Shown here one piece after another: positions 9,628 to 18,194 of a DNA stretch of 64,000 bases. The notes beneath the pieces are model-generated. The model had not been told where the DNA came from and ran no database searches. It saw only the letters and a list, made by a program, of their open reading frames with translations. The stretch comes from an uncultured Pseudomonadota bacterium (lineage in GTDB: Bacteria > Myxococcota_A > Polyangia > Fen-1088): the NCBI GenBank assembly GCA_963847705.1, contig CAWKBC010000008.1, forward strand, positions 32,001 through 96,000. Reading direction: 5' to 3'. Each line of letters begins with the position of its first letter. The stretch's first letter is position 1. The translations under genes were made by a program, and so were the position numbers.

Positions 9628-10332
9628 GTGGACGCCAACGATCGTCCGAAACCGATTGCGAGGCCAGTTGTGAGGCTGACTCCGGTGCCCGAGGAAGCGG
9701 CGCCCCCAGAAGGCGACAGCGAGGCGCCGAATGGTCTCGTGGCACTCGGAGGTCGGCTCGATTTCGAAACGCTGGTGACCGCGTATCGAGCCGGGATCTT
9801 CCCCTGGTCGTCCGACCCGGTGCTCACCTGGTGGTCGCCCGATCCGCGCGCGATCTTCGACCTCGACGCCTGGCGGCCTCACCGCAGCGTCGGGCGGGCG
9901 GCGCGGCGGGCCGGCTGGCGGTTCACGGTCGACCTGGCCTTCGAGGAGGTCATGCGCGCCTGCGCCGAGACCGGCGGGGATCGCCCGGCCACCTGGATCA
10001 CGGGTGACTTCGTGCGCGCCTACAGCGAGCTGCACCGGCGCGGGCTGGCCCACAGCGTGGAGGTCTGGGAGGGGGACGCGCTCGTCGGGGGGCTCTACGG
10101 CGTTGCGCTGGGCGGCTTCTTCGGCGGCGAATCGATGTTTCATCGCCGCACCGATGCCTCCAAGGCGGCGGTCGGCCACCTCATCGCGCGGCTGCGGGAG
10201 GGGGGATTTTCACTGCTCGACGCCCAGGTGCCGACCCCGCACCTCGAGCGCCTGGGCGCCATCGCCATCCCGCGCGCCGACTATCTGGCGCGCCTCAAGC
10301 GCGCGCTCCGACAGCCGGCCAAGATCACCTAG
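9628..10332 (+). CDS. aat: Leucyl/phenylalanyl-tRNA--protein transferase
   Basis: GLVALGGRL, AYRAGIFPW, WWSPDPR, AHSVEVW, LVGGLYGV, FGGESMF, DASKAA. Confidence 0.96.
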   Translation: MDANDRPKPIARPVVRLTPVPEEAAPPEGDSEAPNGLVALGGRLDFETLVTAYRAGIFPWSSDPVLTWWSPDPRAIFDLDAWRPHRSVGRAARRAGWRFTVDLAFEEVMRACAETGGDRPATWITGDFVRAYSELHRRGLAHSVEVWEGDALVGGLYGVALGGFFGGESMFHRRTDASKAAVGHLIARLREGGFSLLDAQVPTPHLERLGAIAIPRADYLARLKRALRQPAKIT

Positions 10333-10363
10333 ACAAGATGACCTAGACGAGATGACCTAGACG
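10322..10363 (+). repeat. 3 x 14-bp tandem repeat spanning the aat stop codon
   Basis: agatcacctagaca / agatgacctagacg / agatgacctagacg. Confidence 0.85.
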
Positions 10364-10380
10364 ACGACCCCGGCTGGCTC

Positions 10381-11361
10381 TCATTTTGCCTGCGGATCGC
10401 CTGCGCCCGGTCCGCCTTCCGCATCCCCGCCGCCCTCGGTCTGCCCGGCTTCGGCGCTGCAGACGCGGTTGCGGCCGCTGCGCTTGGCGGCGTACATGGC
10501 CTCGTCGGCGCGCGCCACCAGATCGCCGGACGACGCCATGCCCGGCCCCGGCGCGCGCGCCACGCCCACGCTGATGGTGACCGGCAAGGTGGCCGAGGCG
10601 GACGTGAAGGGGTGTGTCTCGACGGCCGACCGCAGCCGCTCCGAGAGCTCGGCGGCGGCCGCCAGCTCCACGCCGCGCGCGACGATCGCGAACTCCTCGC
10701 CGCCGTAGCGCGCGAAGGTCTCCTCCTCGCCGAGCATGCTCATCACCAGGGTCGACAGCTGCGCCAGCACCTGGTCGCCCGCCAGGTGTCCGTGCTGGTC
10801 GTTGATCTTCTTGAAGTGATCGATGTCCAGGAAGATCAGCGAGAGCGGCGTGCTGTGGCGGAGGGCGTACTGGAACTCGCTCTCGATCCGGTCGATGAAG
10901 TAACGCTTGTTGAAGGCGCGGGTGAGGCCGTCGCGCAGGGCCGACTCGGACATCTGGCGCTGGAACATCTCGTCCAGCTTGTCCTGATAGCTGAACTTCA
11001 GGATGGTCGTCGAGCCGATGAGGATCTTGTCCCCCTCGGCCAGCGGCTGCCGGGCCACGCGCTGCCCGTTGCAGTAGGTGCCGTTGGTCGACCCGAGATC
11101 CTCGAGCACGATCCGCCCCTCTTCCTTGGAAAGACGGACGTGCTCGCGCGAGATCCCGTCGTCGACCAGCCGCAGGTCGACCTTGTCGCCACGGCCGATC
11201 ACCACCTGATCTTTTTCGATCCGGTACATCTCACCGACGTTCGAGCCCGACAGGACGACCAGACAGGCGGCCGCCGGCTGGGCGTCCTCCGGTCCGGCCT
11301 CCTGGGCTGGCGCCATCCGCGTCGTGTCGTCGAGCGGATTGGCGACGCGGTCGCGCGTCAT
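10381..11361 (-). CDS. FHA-GGDEF diguanylate cyclase
   Basis: FHA motifs IGR..D..ISREH..DLGSTNGT; GGDEF domain DGLT..NKR, DIDHFKKIND.HGHLAGD, ARYGGEEF, ADEAMY.AKRSGRN. Confidence 0.95.
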   Translation of the reverse strand: MTRDRVANPLDDTTRMAPAQEAGPEDAQPAAACLVVLSGSNVGEMYRIEKDQVVIGRGDKVDLRLVDDGISREHVRLSKEEGRIVLEDLGSTNGTYCNGQRVARQPLAEGDKILIGSTTILKFSYQDKLDEMFQRQMSESALRDGLTRAFNKRYFIDRIESEFQYALRHSTPLSLIFLDIDHFKKINDQHGHLAGDQVLAQLSTLVMSMLGEEETFARYGGEEFAIVARGVELAAAAELSERLRSAVETHPFTSASATLPVTISVGVARAPGPGMASSGDLVARADEAMYAAKRSGRNRVCSAEAGQTEGGGDAEGGPGAGDPQAK

Positions 11362-11435
11362 TCTGATAGTTTACCGACGGGGACGGGCGTTACGCAAACT
11401 CCCGTCGCGATATAGATCAGGGAGCGGGAGGGACC

Positions 11436-12134
11436 ATGGAGGTCTTGATCGGCACGAGCGGCTTCAGCTATCCGGCCTGGAGGGGGGGCTTTTACCCGGA
11501 AAAGCTGCCGGAAACGAAGATGCTGGGGTACTACGCCGGGCACTTCCGCGCGGTCGAGATCAACAATAGCTTCTATCGCATGCCGACCGCCGAGGTGCTG
11601 GGGCGCTGGGCCGGCGAGACGCCGCCCGAGTTCCGATTCGCGCTCAAGAGCCCGCGGCGCATCACCCATGACAAGCGGCTGGTCGACACCGCCTCGGCGG
11701 TCGAGCGGCTCACCGAGGCGTCGCGCGCGCTGGGGGACAAGCTGGGGCCCGTCCTATTCCAGCTGCCGCCCAACATGAAAAAGGACCTCCCCCGGCTCGA
11801 CGATTTCCTGGCCGCGCTGCCGGTCGGGCTGCGGGCGACGGTCGAGTTCCGCCACGAATCCTGGTTCTCCGACGACGTCTATGGCTGTCTTCGAACGCGG
11901 CGCGCGGCGCTCTGCATCGCCGAGTCAGACGACTTCGTGACGCCGCTCGAGGCGACCGCGGACTGGGGATACCTGCGCCTGCGACGGGAGACCTACGACG
12001 ACGCCCTGGTCGCCAGCTGGGGCGCCCGCATCAAGACCCAGGGCTGGTCGACAGCCTACGTTTTCTTCAAGCACGAGGACACCGGCAAGGGGCCGGTCGC
12101 CGCGGCCCGGCTGCACGAGCTGATGGCGGCCTGA
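11436..12134 (+). CDS. DUF72 (YecE-like) protein
   Basis: IGTSGFSY..W.G.FYP, VEINNSFYRMP, FALKSPRRITH, LGPVLFQLPP, VEFRHESW, YLRLR. Confidence 0.93.
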   Translation: MEVLIGTSGFSYPAWRGGFYPEKLPETKMLGYYAGHFRAVEINNSFYRMPTAEVLGRWAGETPPEFRFALKSPRRITHDKRLVDTASAVERLTEASRALGDKLGPVLFQLPPNMKKDLPRLDDFLAALPVGLRATVEFRHESWFSDDVYGCLRTRRAALCIAESDDFVTPLEATADWGYLRLRRETYDDALVASWGARIKTQGWSTAYVFFKHEDTGKGPVAAARLHELMAA

Positions 12135-12184
12135 ATCTCGACAAACTGGACGGTATCCTACATTAGGATACACTGGAGCACATC

Positions 12185-13090
12185 ATGGCACGACCCATCG
12201 CTGGCGCGACGATCTCTTTTGGCCTGGTGTCGATCCCGGTGCGGCTCTACCCGGCCACGCAGTCGTCGGCGGCGATCTCGTTCAACCTGTTGCACAAGAA
12301 GGACGGGTCGCGCCTCAAGCAGCAGTACATCTGCCCGCGCGACGGCGAGATCGTCAGCCGCGACGAGATGATCAAGGGGTACGAGTTCGCCAAGGATCAG
12401 TACGTCACCTTCACGCCCGAGGAGCTCAAGTCGCTCGAGGAGAAGGCGACCCAGAGCATCGACATCGATTCGTTCGTCCCCCTCTCGGCGATCGACCCGA
12501 TCTACTTCGAGCGCCCGTATTATCTCGGCCCCGAGAAGGGGGGCGACAAGGCCTACCTCCTGCTGGCCGAAGCGATGCGCGAAAGCGGCCGTGCCGCCCT
12601 CGCCCGCTACGCCGCGCGGGGCAAGCAGTACCTGGTGATGCTGCGACCGTCGGCCGACGGTCGCGCGCTGATCCTCCAGGAGCTGCTCTATGCCGACGAG
12701 GTCCGCGCGATGTCCGAGGTGCCGCTCCCCGACGGCGAGGTGCGCGAGGCCGAGCTGAAGCTGGCCAGGCAGCTCATCGACCAGATCGCGACGGAGACCT
12801 TCGAGCCGTCGAAGTACCACGACGAGGTGCGCGAGCGGATCCAGGCCGACATCGACCGCAAGGTGCAGGGGCACGACATTTCGGAGAGCGCGCCCGCGCC
12901 CGAACCGGCCCGCATCATCGACCTGATGGCGGCGCTCAAGGCCAGCCTGGGCAAGGGCGCCGCGGCCGCCAGCAAGGCCGAGCCCGCTGCTGCAGCGGCC
13001 GAGGAAGCTGAAGCACACCATCCCCGGCGCAGCGCCCGCCGCTCGGAGGAGGCCGCGCCGGCCGAGCCCAAGCGCGCCAAGAAGCGGTAA
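12185..13090 (+). CDS. ku: Non-homologous end-joining protein Ku
   Basis: ISFGLVSIPVRLYPA, FNLLH, IKGYEF, IDPIYFERPYYLGP, IIDLMAALKASL; basic C-terminal tail. Confidence 0.96.
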   Translation: MARPIAGATISFGLVSIPVRLYPATQSSAAISFNLLHKKDGSRLKQQYICPRDGEIVSRDEMIKGYEFAKDQYVTFTPEELKSLEEKATQSIDIDSFVPLSAIDPIYFERPYYLGPEKGGDKAYLLLAEAMRESGRAALARYAARGKQYLVMLRPSADGRALILQELLYADEVRAMSEVPLPDGEVREAELKLARQLIDQIATETFEPSKYHDEVRERIQADIDRKVQGHDISESAPAPEPARIIDLMAALKASLGKGAAAASKAEPAAAAAEEAEAHHPRRSARRSEEAAPAEPKRAKKR

Positions 13091-13143
13091 GAAGCGCCGG
13101 CGCCGACGAACGGCGACCGACGCGCGCCGGTGGCGCGCGATTC

Positions 13144-14061
13144 GTGCGCGCAAAAAATCACGCGCTGTATATTGTGGCGGCCTTGAGCGGCTACACGACC
13201 CAGGACGTCGCACGGATGATCGGCGTCTCCTCCGGCCGGCTGCGCGCCTATCTGCGCGCCGGCGTGCTCTCACCCGAGAAGGGCGAGCGCGGTGAGCTGC
13301 GCTTCTCGTTCCAGGATCTGTTGCTGCTGCGCAAGGCGGAGGGGTTGGTGAGCTCGCGCATCCCACCGCATCGGGTGCGGCGCGCGTTGCAGAAGCTGCG
13401 CGCGCAGCTCCCGGAGACCAGCCCGCTCACCGGCGTGAACCTCGGCTCGGAGGGCTCGTCGGTGGTGGTGCAGGAGGGGAACACCCGCTGGCAGGTCGAG
13501 TCGGGGCAAGTGCTGCTGTCGTTCGATCGGCCGTCGCCGGTGGAGACCGAGGAGGCGCCGCTGTCGATGCTGCGCGTGCGGCCGGCCGTGGTGGCCGGAG
13601 GAGACCTCGGAGGAGACGTCGGAGGAGACGTCGGAGGAGACGTCGCCCCCGCCAGCGCCGAGGAGATCTACGAGATCGGGTGCGACATCGACGAGGCGGA
13701 TCCGGCGCAGGCGGAGGCCAGCTACCGGCAGGTCCTGATGCAGTCGCCCGAGCACGCCGACGCGCACATCAACCTGGGGCGCCTGCTGCACGAGCGGGGC
13801 GACATGGCGGCGGCCGAGGCCCACTACCGGCGTGCGCTGGTGATCCGTCCGGGCGACGCGACCGCGCTTTTCAACCTCGGTGTCTCGCTCGAGGACCAGG
13901 GGCGCAACAGCGCCGCGCTCGAGGCTTACGCCCGCGCCATCGAGGCGGATGGGCGCAACGCCGACGCTCACTACAACGCCGCCCGCCTCTACGATCTGGC
14001 GGGCGACTACAGCGCGGCGCTGCGCCACCTCCGAATCTGTCGCGATCTGAGCCGAAAGTGA
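13144..14061 (+). CDS. MerR-type HTH + tetratricopeptide repeat protein
   Basis: YTTQDVARMIGVSSGRLRAYLRAGVLSP..FSFQDL (MerR-like HTH); C-terminal TPRs (AHINLGRLL, ALFNLGVSL, AHYNAARLY). The real start is probably GTG 13174 or TTG 13183. Confidence 0.85.
   Translation: MRAKNHALYIVAALSGYTTQDVARMIGVSSGRLRAYLRAGVLSPEKGERGELRFSFQDLLLLRKAEGLVSSRIPPHRVRRALQKLRAQLPETSPLTGVNLGSEGSSVVVQEGNTRWQVESGQVLLSFDRPSPVETEEAPLSMLRVRPAVVAGGDLGGDVGGDVGGDVAPASAEEIYEIGCDIDEADPAQAEASYRQVLMQSPEHADAHINLGRLLHERGDMAAAEAHYRRALVIRPGDATALFNLGVSLEDQGRNSAALEAYARAIEADGRNADAHYNAARLYDLAGDYSAALRHLRICRDLSRK
13597..13644 (+). repeat. 4 x 12-bp in-frame tandem repeat (GGDL/GGDV) in the MerR-TPR linker
   Basis: ggaggagacctc followed by ggaggagacgtc x3. 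Confidence 0.9.
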
Positions 14062-14080
14062 GCGTGGGAGTGTCGCGGAG

Positions 14081-14179
14081 CGTGGGAGGGGCTGTGCCCC
14101 TCCCACGGGCCCACCCCAACGGACCGATTCCGGGCCCGGATCTGCTCGGCATGTGAGTCTCCGGCGGGCAAAGCCCGCC
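14081..14179. repeat. Two REP-like hairpins between convergent genes
   Basis: cgtgggaggggc-tgt-gcccctcccacg (14081-14107, perfect 12-bp stem) and ggcgggc-aaa-gcccgcc (14163-14179). Confidence 0.7.
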
Positions 14180-14228
14180 TCCGATCAAGGGGAGGTGCCG
14201 GAGTGCAGATCGGGTGGGTGAACGACGG

Positions 14229-14654
14229 CTAGGCCAGCTTGGCGTCGAGTGTGATCTTGGCGGCGGCGATCAGCTTGGAGATCGGGCAACCGACCTTGGC
14301 GGCTTCGGCGGCGCGCTCGAACTTGGACTTGTCCGGGTTGGTGAGCTTCACCGTGACCTCGAGGTGCGAGGTCGTGACCGCAAAGCCCGTCTCCACCTTG
14401 TCGAGCGAGACGGTGGCCTTGGCGTCGATGTTCTCCGGCGTGAGGCCGACCTTCTCCAGCTCCGCCGACAGCGCCATCGAGAAGCAGCTGGCGTGTGCGG
14501 CGGCGATCAGCTCCTCGGGGCTGGTGCCGGTGCCGGTCTCGAACCTCTGCGCGAAGTCATACGGGACATTCGAGAACGTCCCGCTGGCGGCAGAAAACGT
14601 CCCCTTGCCGGCCTTGAGGCCCCCCTTCCAGTTCGCGGTCGCGGATCTCTTCAT
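14229..14654 (-). CDS. osmC: OsmC peroxiredoxin
   Basis: ATANWKGGLKAGKG, GTSPEELIAAAHASCFSMALS, AKVGCPISK; RBS aaggag. Confidence 0.95.
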   Translation of the reverse strand: MKRSATANWKGGLKAGKGTFSAASGTFSNVPYDFAQRFETGTGTSPEELIAAAHASCFSMALSAELEKVGLTPENIDAKATVSLDKVETGFAVTTSHLEVTVKLTNPDKSKFERAAEAAKVGCPISKLIAAAKITLDAKLA

Positions 14655-14800
14655 GGCTTTTCTCCTTGGTGTTGTGAGCGCCGAAACTTACCCATGAACC
14701 GGCTCCGTCGCCAGCGACGCTTTCGAGCGGCACGTCGTCGGGCATGGTTCGCTTCGCTCACCGTCGCCTTTTCGGCGATGCCCTCCTACAATCCCGCGCG

Positions 14801-17800
14801 ATGCCGACGCGCTCCAGGGTCTGCCACCTTCTGGTGGCGCTTTGGACGGCATCCCTGCTGTGGGCAGGCGCGGCGCGGGCCGACGCCGTCGAGGAGCCGG
14901 GCGAGCCTCTCCCCACGCCCCCCCTGCCGCAGGCGAGCTGGTTCACGCTGCAGACGCCTCACTTCAACATCCACTTCTATCGCGACGAATCCGCGTTCGC
15001 CGAGCGGGTCGCCCACTTCGCCGAGCGCGCCTGGCGGCTCAACACCCGCTATCTCAACTGGCGGCCGAGCGGCCGGGTGACCGTGGTCCTCAGCGACGTC
15101 TCCGACCAGGCCAACGGCTCGGCGAGCTCCATCCCCTACACCTTCATCAACGCCTTTGGCGTCCCGCCCGACTCGCTCGACGAGCTGAACGACTTCGACG
15201 ACTACGCCAAGCTGCTCATCACGCACGAGTTCACGCACGTCGTTCACCTCGACACCATGCTCAGCATCTGTCCGCTGGCCATCAACACGGTCCTCGGCCG
15301 AACCTACGCTCCCAACCTGGCGGAGCCGACCTGGTTCATCGAGGGGATGGCCGTCCTCATGGAGTCGCGCCAGACGACCGCCGGCCGCCTGCGCAGCAGC
15401 TTTTACGACATGCACCTGCGGGTCGCCTTCCTCGAAGACAGGATGTTTCGCTTCGATCAGATCTCCTCGATCCCCAGCGCCTATCCGCAGGGGACAGCCG
15501 CCTACCTCTACGGCTCGAGCCTGCTCCGTTACATCGAGGACCGCTACGGCCCGCACAAGATCCGCGAGATCTCCCATCGCTACGCCGACACCTGCATCCC
15601 GGGCGGTCTCAATCGAACCGCCATCAAGGCGGTGGGGACCGGCTACGCTGGGGTCTTCGGTCCCGGCCTCTACGACGACTGGAGCCGCGCGATCGCCCAC
15701 CGCTACACCTTGCAGGCCGAGGACGCCAGGCTGCGGCCGCTCACCGTCGCCACGCGCCTCACCTGGGAGGCGCCCTCGCCGCGCAGCGAGGGTCCGGGGG
15801 CGCGGTTCCTGCCCGACGGCACGCTGGTCTATCACCGCAGCAACAACGATCAGTCACCGGCCTACGTCCGCCTCGATCCCACCACCGGCGCGCAGCACCT
15901 GGTCGCCGACATGCAGGGGGGCGGACCGGCAGCGCCCACGCCCGACGGGCAGGCGCTGATCTTCCAGCGCCTGAACTTCATCTCGCTGCCGCTGCGGCTG
16001 GTCACCAACTCCGATCTCTCCTGGAACGACCTCTATCGCCTCGACCTGGGGGGCGGAACGATTCGGCAGCTCACCAACGGGCTCCGGGCGCACGAGCCGG
16101 ACGTGTCGCCCGACGGAAAACAGATCGCCTGCGTGCTGGTGGGGACCGGCACCCGGCAGCTGGCGCTGGTGCCCATCGAAGGGGGCGCGGCGCGCCGCCT
16201 CATGCCCGGCGCGCCGGGTCTGGCCTTCACACCTGCCTTCTCACCCGACGGCCGCCTCATCGCCTACTCGCGCTGGAAGCCGGGCGGCTATCGCGACATT
16301 CACATCTACGATCTCGCCGCCGCCACCGATCGGGCCATCTCCGTCGACCGGGCGATGGACATCGACCCACGCTTCTCGCCCGACGGGCGCTACGTCCTGT
16401 TCTCCTCCGATCGCAGCGGCATCAACGACATCTACGCCTACGAGCTCTCCACCAGGCGGCTCTGGCAGGTCACCAACGTGCTGTCGGGCGCGTTCCAGCC
16501 GGTGGTCTCCCCCGACGGCCGCCGGCTGGTGTTCACCGGGTTCACCACCGACGGGTTCGACCTCTGGACGATGCCCTACGATCCGACGACGTTCGTCCCT
16601 GCCAAGCCGTACGCCAACTCCCGCCTCGACAGCCCCGTCGACCCGGACGCCGTGACCGACTCGCCCGACGCGGTCCCCGGGGACGCCGACCCGCCGCCGT
16701 TCCCCCAGCGGGTCACCCCCTACGTCCCCTGGAAGTACATGTACCCGCACCAGTGGACGCTCGGCAGTCTCGGCGACGTGTTCGGTCTGGGGCAGACGTT
16801 CCAGGTGTTGACCAGCGTCGGCGATCCGGCCGGCATCCATTCCTTCTCGTTCAATTTCCTCTTTCCGACCACCGGCACCCCTTCGGGACAGATCAGCTAC
16901 ACCTATCTGCGCCTCTGGCCCGCCTTCAGCCTCTCGCTGGCGAAGACCGATCTCATCACCAACGGGCTCATCGTCGACAACCACAACCTCAATTATCTGC
17001 AGCGCACCCTCTCCTTCTCCGCCTCCATGGGTCTGCCGGTGCTCCGGACCCCGGACGCCTCGAGCGACCTCACCTTCGCCTACGATTACTCGGCCTACGG
17101 ACCGATCAGCCCGACGCCGGTCGGCGAACCGACCGGCGCCATCACCATCAAACCGGAGGTCGGCCCGTTCGCCGACGTGCGCCTGTCCTGGTCGTTCTCC
17201 GATGCCCACCGCTGGCAGTACTCGATCAGCAACCAGGAGGGGCGCGGCATCTCGCTCAACCTCCGCCTCTCCGATCCGACCCTGGGCGGCCACTTTCGCA
17301 CGACCGAGGTCTCTTGGTCCTGGACCGAGTACTTCACCCCGCCCTGGGCACGCCTGCACGCGCTGGCGCTCATCACCCAGGGTGGGTTCGGCATCGGCGA
17401 CAAGCGCCAGTTCTTCGGGCTGGGCGGCTACGCGGCGCAGGACGTCCTGCGCGGCGTGCTGCTCAATCAGCAGCAGTTCGCCTTCCTGCGCGGCTATCCG
17501 GTCAACGTCGTCTCGGGGGACAGCTATCTGGTCGCCTCCGGCGAGTACCGGGCGCCGCTGCTCTGGATCGAGCGCGGCTACCAAACGTTCCCGCTCTACC
17601 TGCGCCGGATCTGGGGGACGGGGTTCGTCGACGCCGGCGACGCGTTTCAAGGCCCATTTTCCGCGCACGACCTGAAGGTCGACGCGGGGGTCGAGGCGCA
17701 CCTCGAGTTCACGCTCTTCTATTACCTCGACACGCAGATCCAGCTCGGCTACGCCCGCGGTTTCCAGTCGGGCGGCGGGAATCAGCTCTACTTCGTCACC

Positions 17801-17815
17801 GCGGCCAGCTTTTGA
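14801..17815 (+). CDS. Outer-membrane protein: gluzincin-like peptidase domain + PD40/TolB propeller + BamA/TamA-like barrel
   Basis: Signal peptide; TPHFNIHF, HEFTH..WFIEGMA (HExxH+E); several PD40 repeats (PAFSPDG, PRFSPDG); LRGY and a terminal Phe. TACAAT 8 nt before ATG 14801. Confidence 0.85.
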   Translation: MPTRSRVCHLLVALWTASLLWAGAARADAVEEPGEPLPTPPLPQASWFTLQTPHFNIHFYRDESAFAERVAHFAERAWRLNTRYLNWRPSGRVTVVLSDVSDQANGSASSIPYTFINAFGVPPDSLDELNDFDDYAKLLITHEFTHVVHLDTMLSICPLAINTVLGRTYAPNLAEPTWFIEGMAVLMESRQTTAGRLRSSFYDMHLRVAFLEDRMFRFDQISSIPSAYPQGTAAYLYGSSLLRYIEDRYGPHKIREISHRYADTCIPGGLNRTAIKAVGTGYAGVFGPGLYDDWSRAIAHRYTLQAEDARLRPLTVATRLTWEAPSPRSEGPGARFLPDGTLVYHRSNNDQSPAYVRLDPTTGAQHLVADMQGGGPAAPTPDGQALIFQRLNFISLPLRLVTNSDLSWNDLYRLDLGGGTIRQLTNGLRAHEPDVSPDGKQIACVLVGTGTRQLALVPIEGGAARRLMPGAPGLAFTPAFSPDGRLIAYSRWKPGGYRDIHIYDLAAATDRAISVDRAMDIDPRFSPDGRYVLFSSDRSGINDIYAYELSTRRLWQVTNVLSGAFQPVVSPDGRRLVFTGFTTDGFDLWTMPYDPTTFVPAKPYANSRLDSPVDPDAVTDSPDAVPGDADPPPFPQRVTPYVPWKYMYPHQWTLGSLGDVFGLGQTFQVLTSVGDPAGIHSFSFNFLFPTTGTPSGQISYTYLRLWPAFSLSLAKTDLITNGLIVDNHNLNYLQRTLSFSASMGLPVLRTPDASSDLTFAYDYSAYGPISPTPVGEPTGAITIKPEVGPFADVRLSWSFSDAHRWQYSISNQEGRGISLNLRLSDPTLGGHFRTTEVSWSWTEYFTPPWARLHALALITQGGFGIGDKRQFFGLGGYAAQDVLRGVLLNQQQFAFLRGYPVNVVSGDSYLVASGEYRAPLLWIERGYQTFPLYLRRIWGTGFVDAGDAFQGPFSAHDLKVDAGVEAHLEFTLFYYLDTQIQLGYARGFQSGGGNQLYFVTAASF

Positions 17816-17887
17816 CGCCCAGGGACGGCAGTGCCGTCTCGCACAGACGGGCGGGCGCCTGGCGTGAGACATTTTCGTTGGTTCGCG

Positions 17888-18121
17888 ATGTCCCGATCTC
17901 GATGGTGCGCCTTGTTGCTCTTGGTCTTGACCAGCGGTTGCAGTCAAGGCGCCGAGGGCACCCCCTGCACGCCGTCGACGGATGGCGGCGGCCAAGGTGA
18001 ATGCCTCAACGGGCTGACCTGCCAGCGTCCCGCCAAATGCACGAACTACTACTGCTGCCCCACCCCCGCTTCGATGAGCTCGAACGCCTCCTGCAACAGC
18101 TCGGCGTGCACCGCCTCCTAG
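17888..18121 (+). CDS. Small Cys-rich lipoprotein
   Basis: MSRSRWCALLLLVLTSGC lipobox; mature part has 8 Cys (EGTPC..EC.NGLTC..C..YCCP..C..C). Confidence 0.65.
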   Translation: MSRSRWCALLLLVLTSGCSQGAEGTPCTPSTDGGGQGECLNGLTCQRPAKCTNYYCCPTPASMSSNASCNSSACTAS

Positions 18122-18194
18122 AGATCACACCGGGGCTTGCCGCCGGAGGCCAGGCGAGCGACGATGTCCCGACCAGGGGCGCCCCCCTCCTGCC

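Noticed and set aside
12185-13090. Ku as a prophage (Mu Gam-like) marker
   Set aside because: It is a typical bacterial Ku with a basic tail. No phage genes, integrase or compositional shift are nearby.
14842-18000. 1052-aa alternative-frame ORF and other very long Arg/Pro-rich ORFs (31178..33730, 60543..63113, 20937..23165, 6362..8428)
   Set aside because: These are shadow frames of well-supported genes in high-GC DNA and carry no domain motifs.
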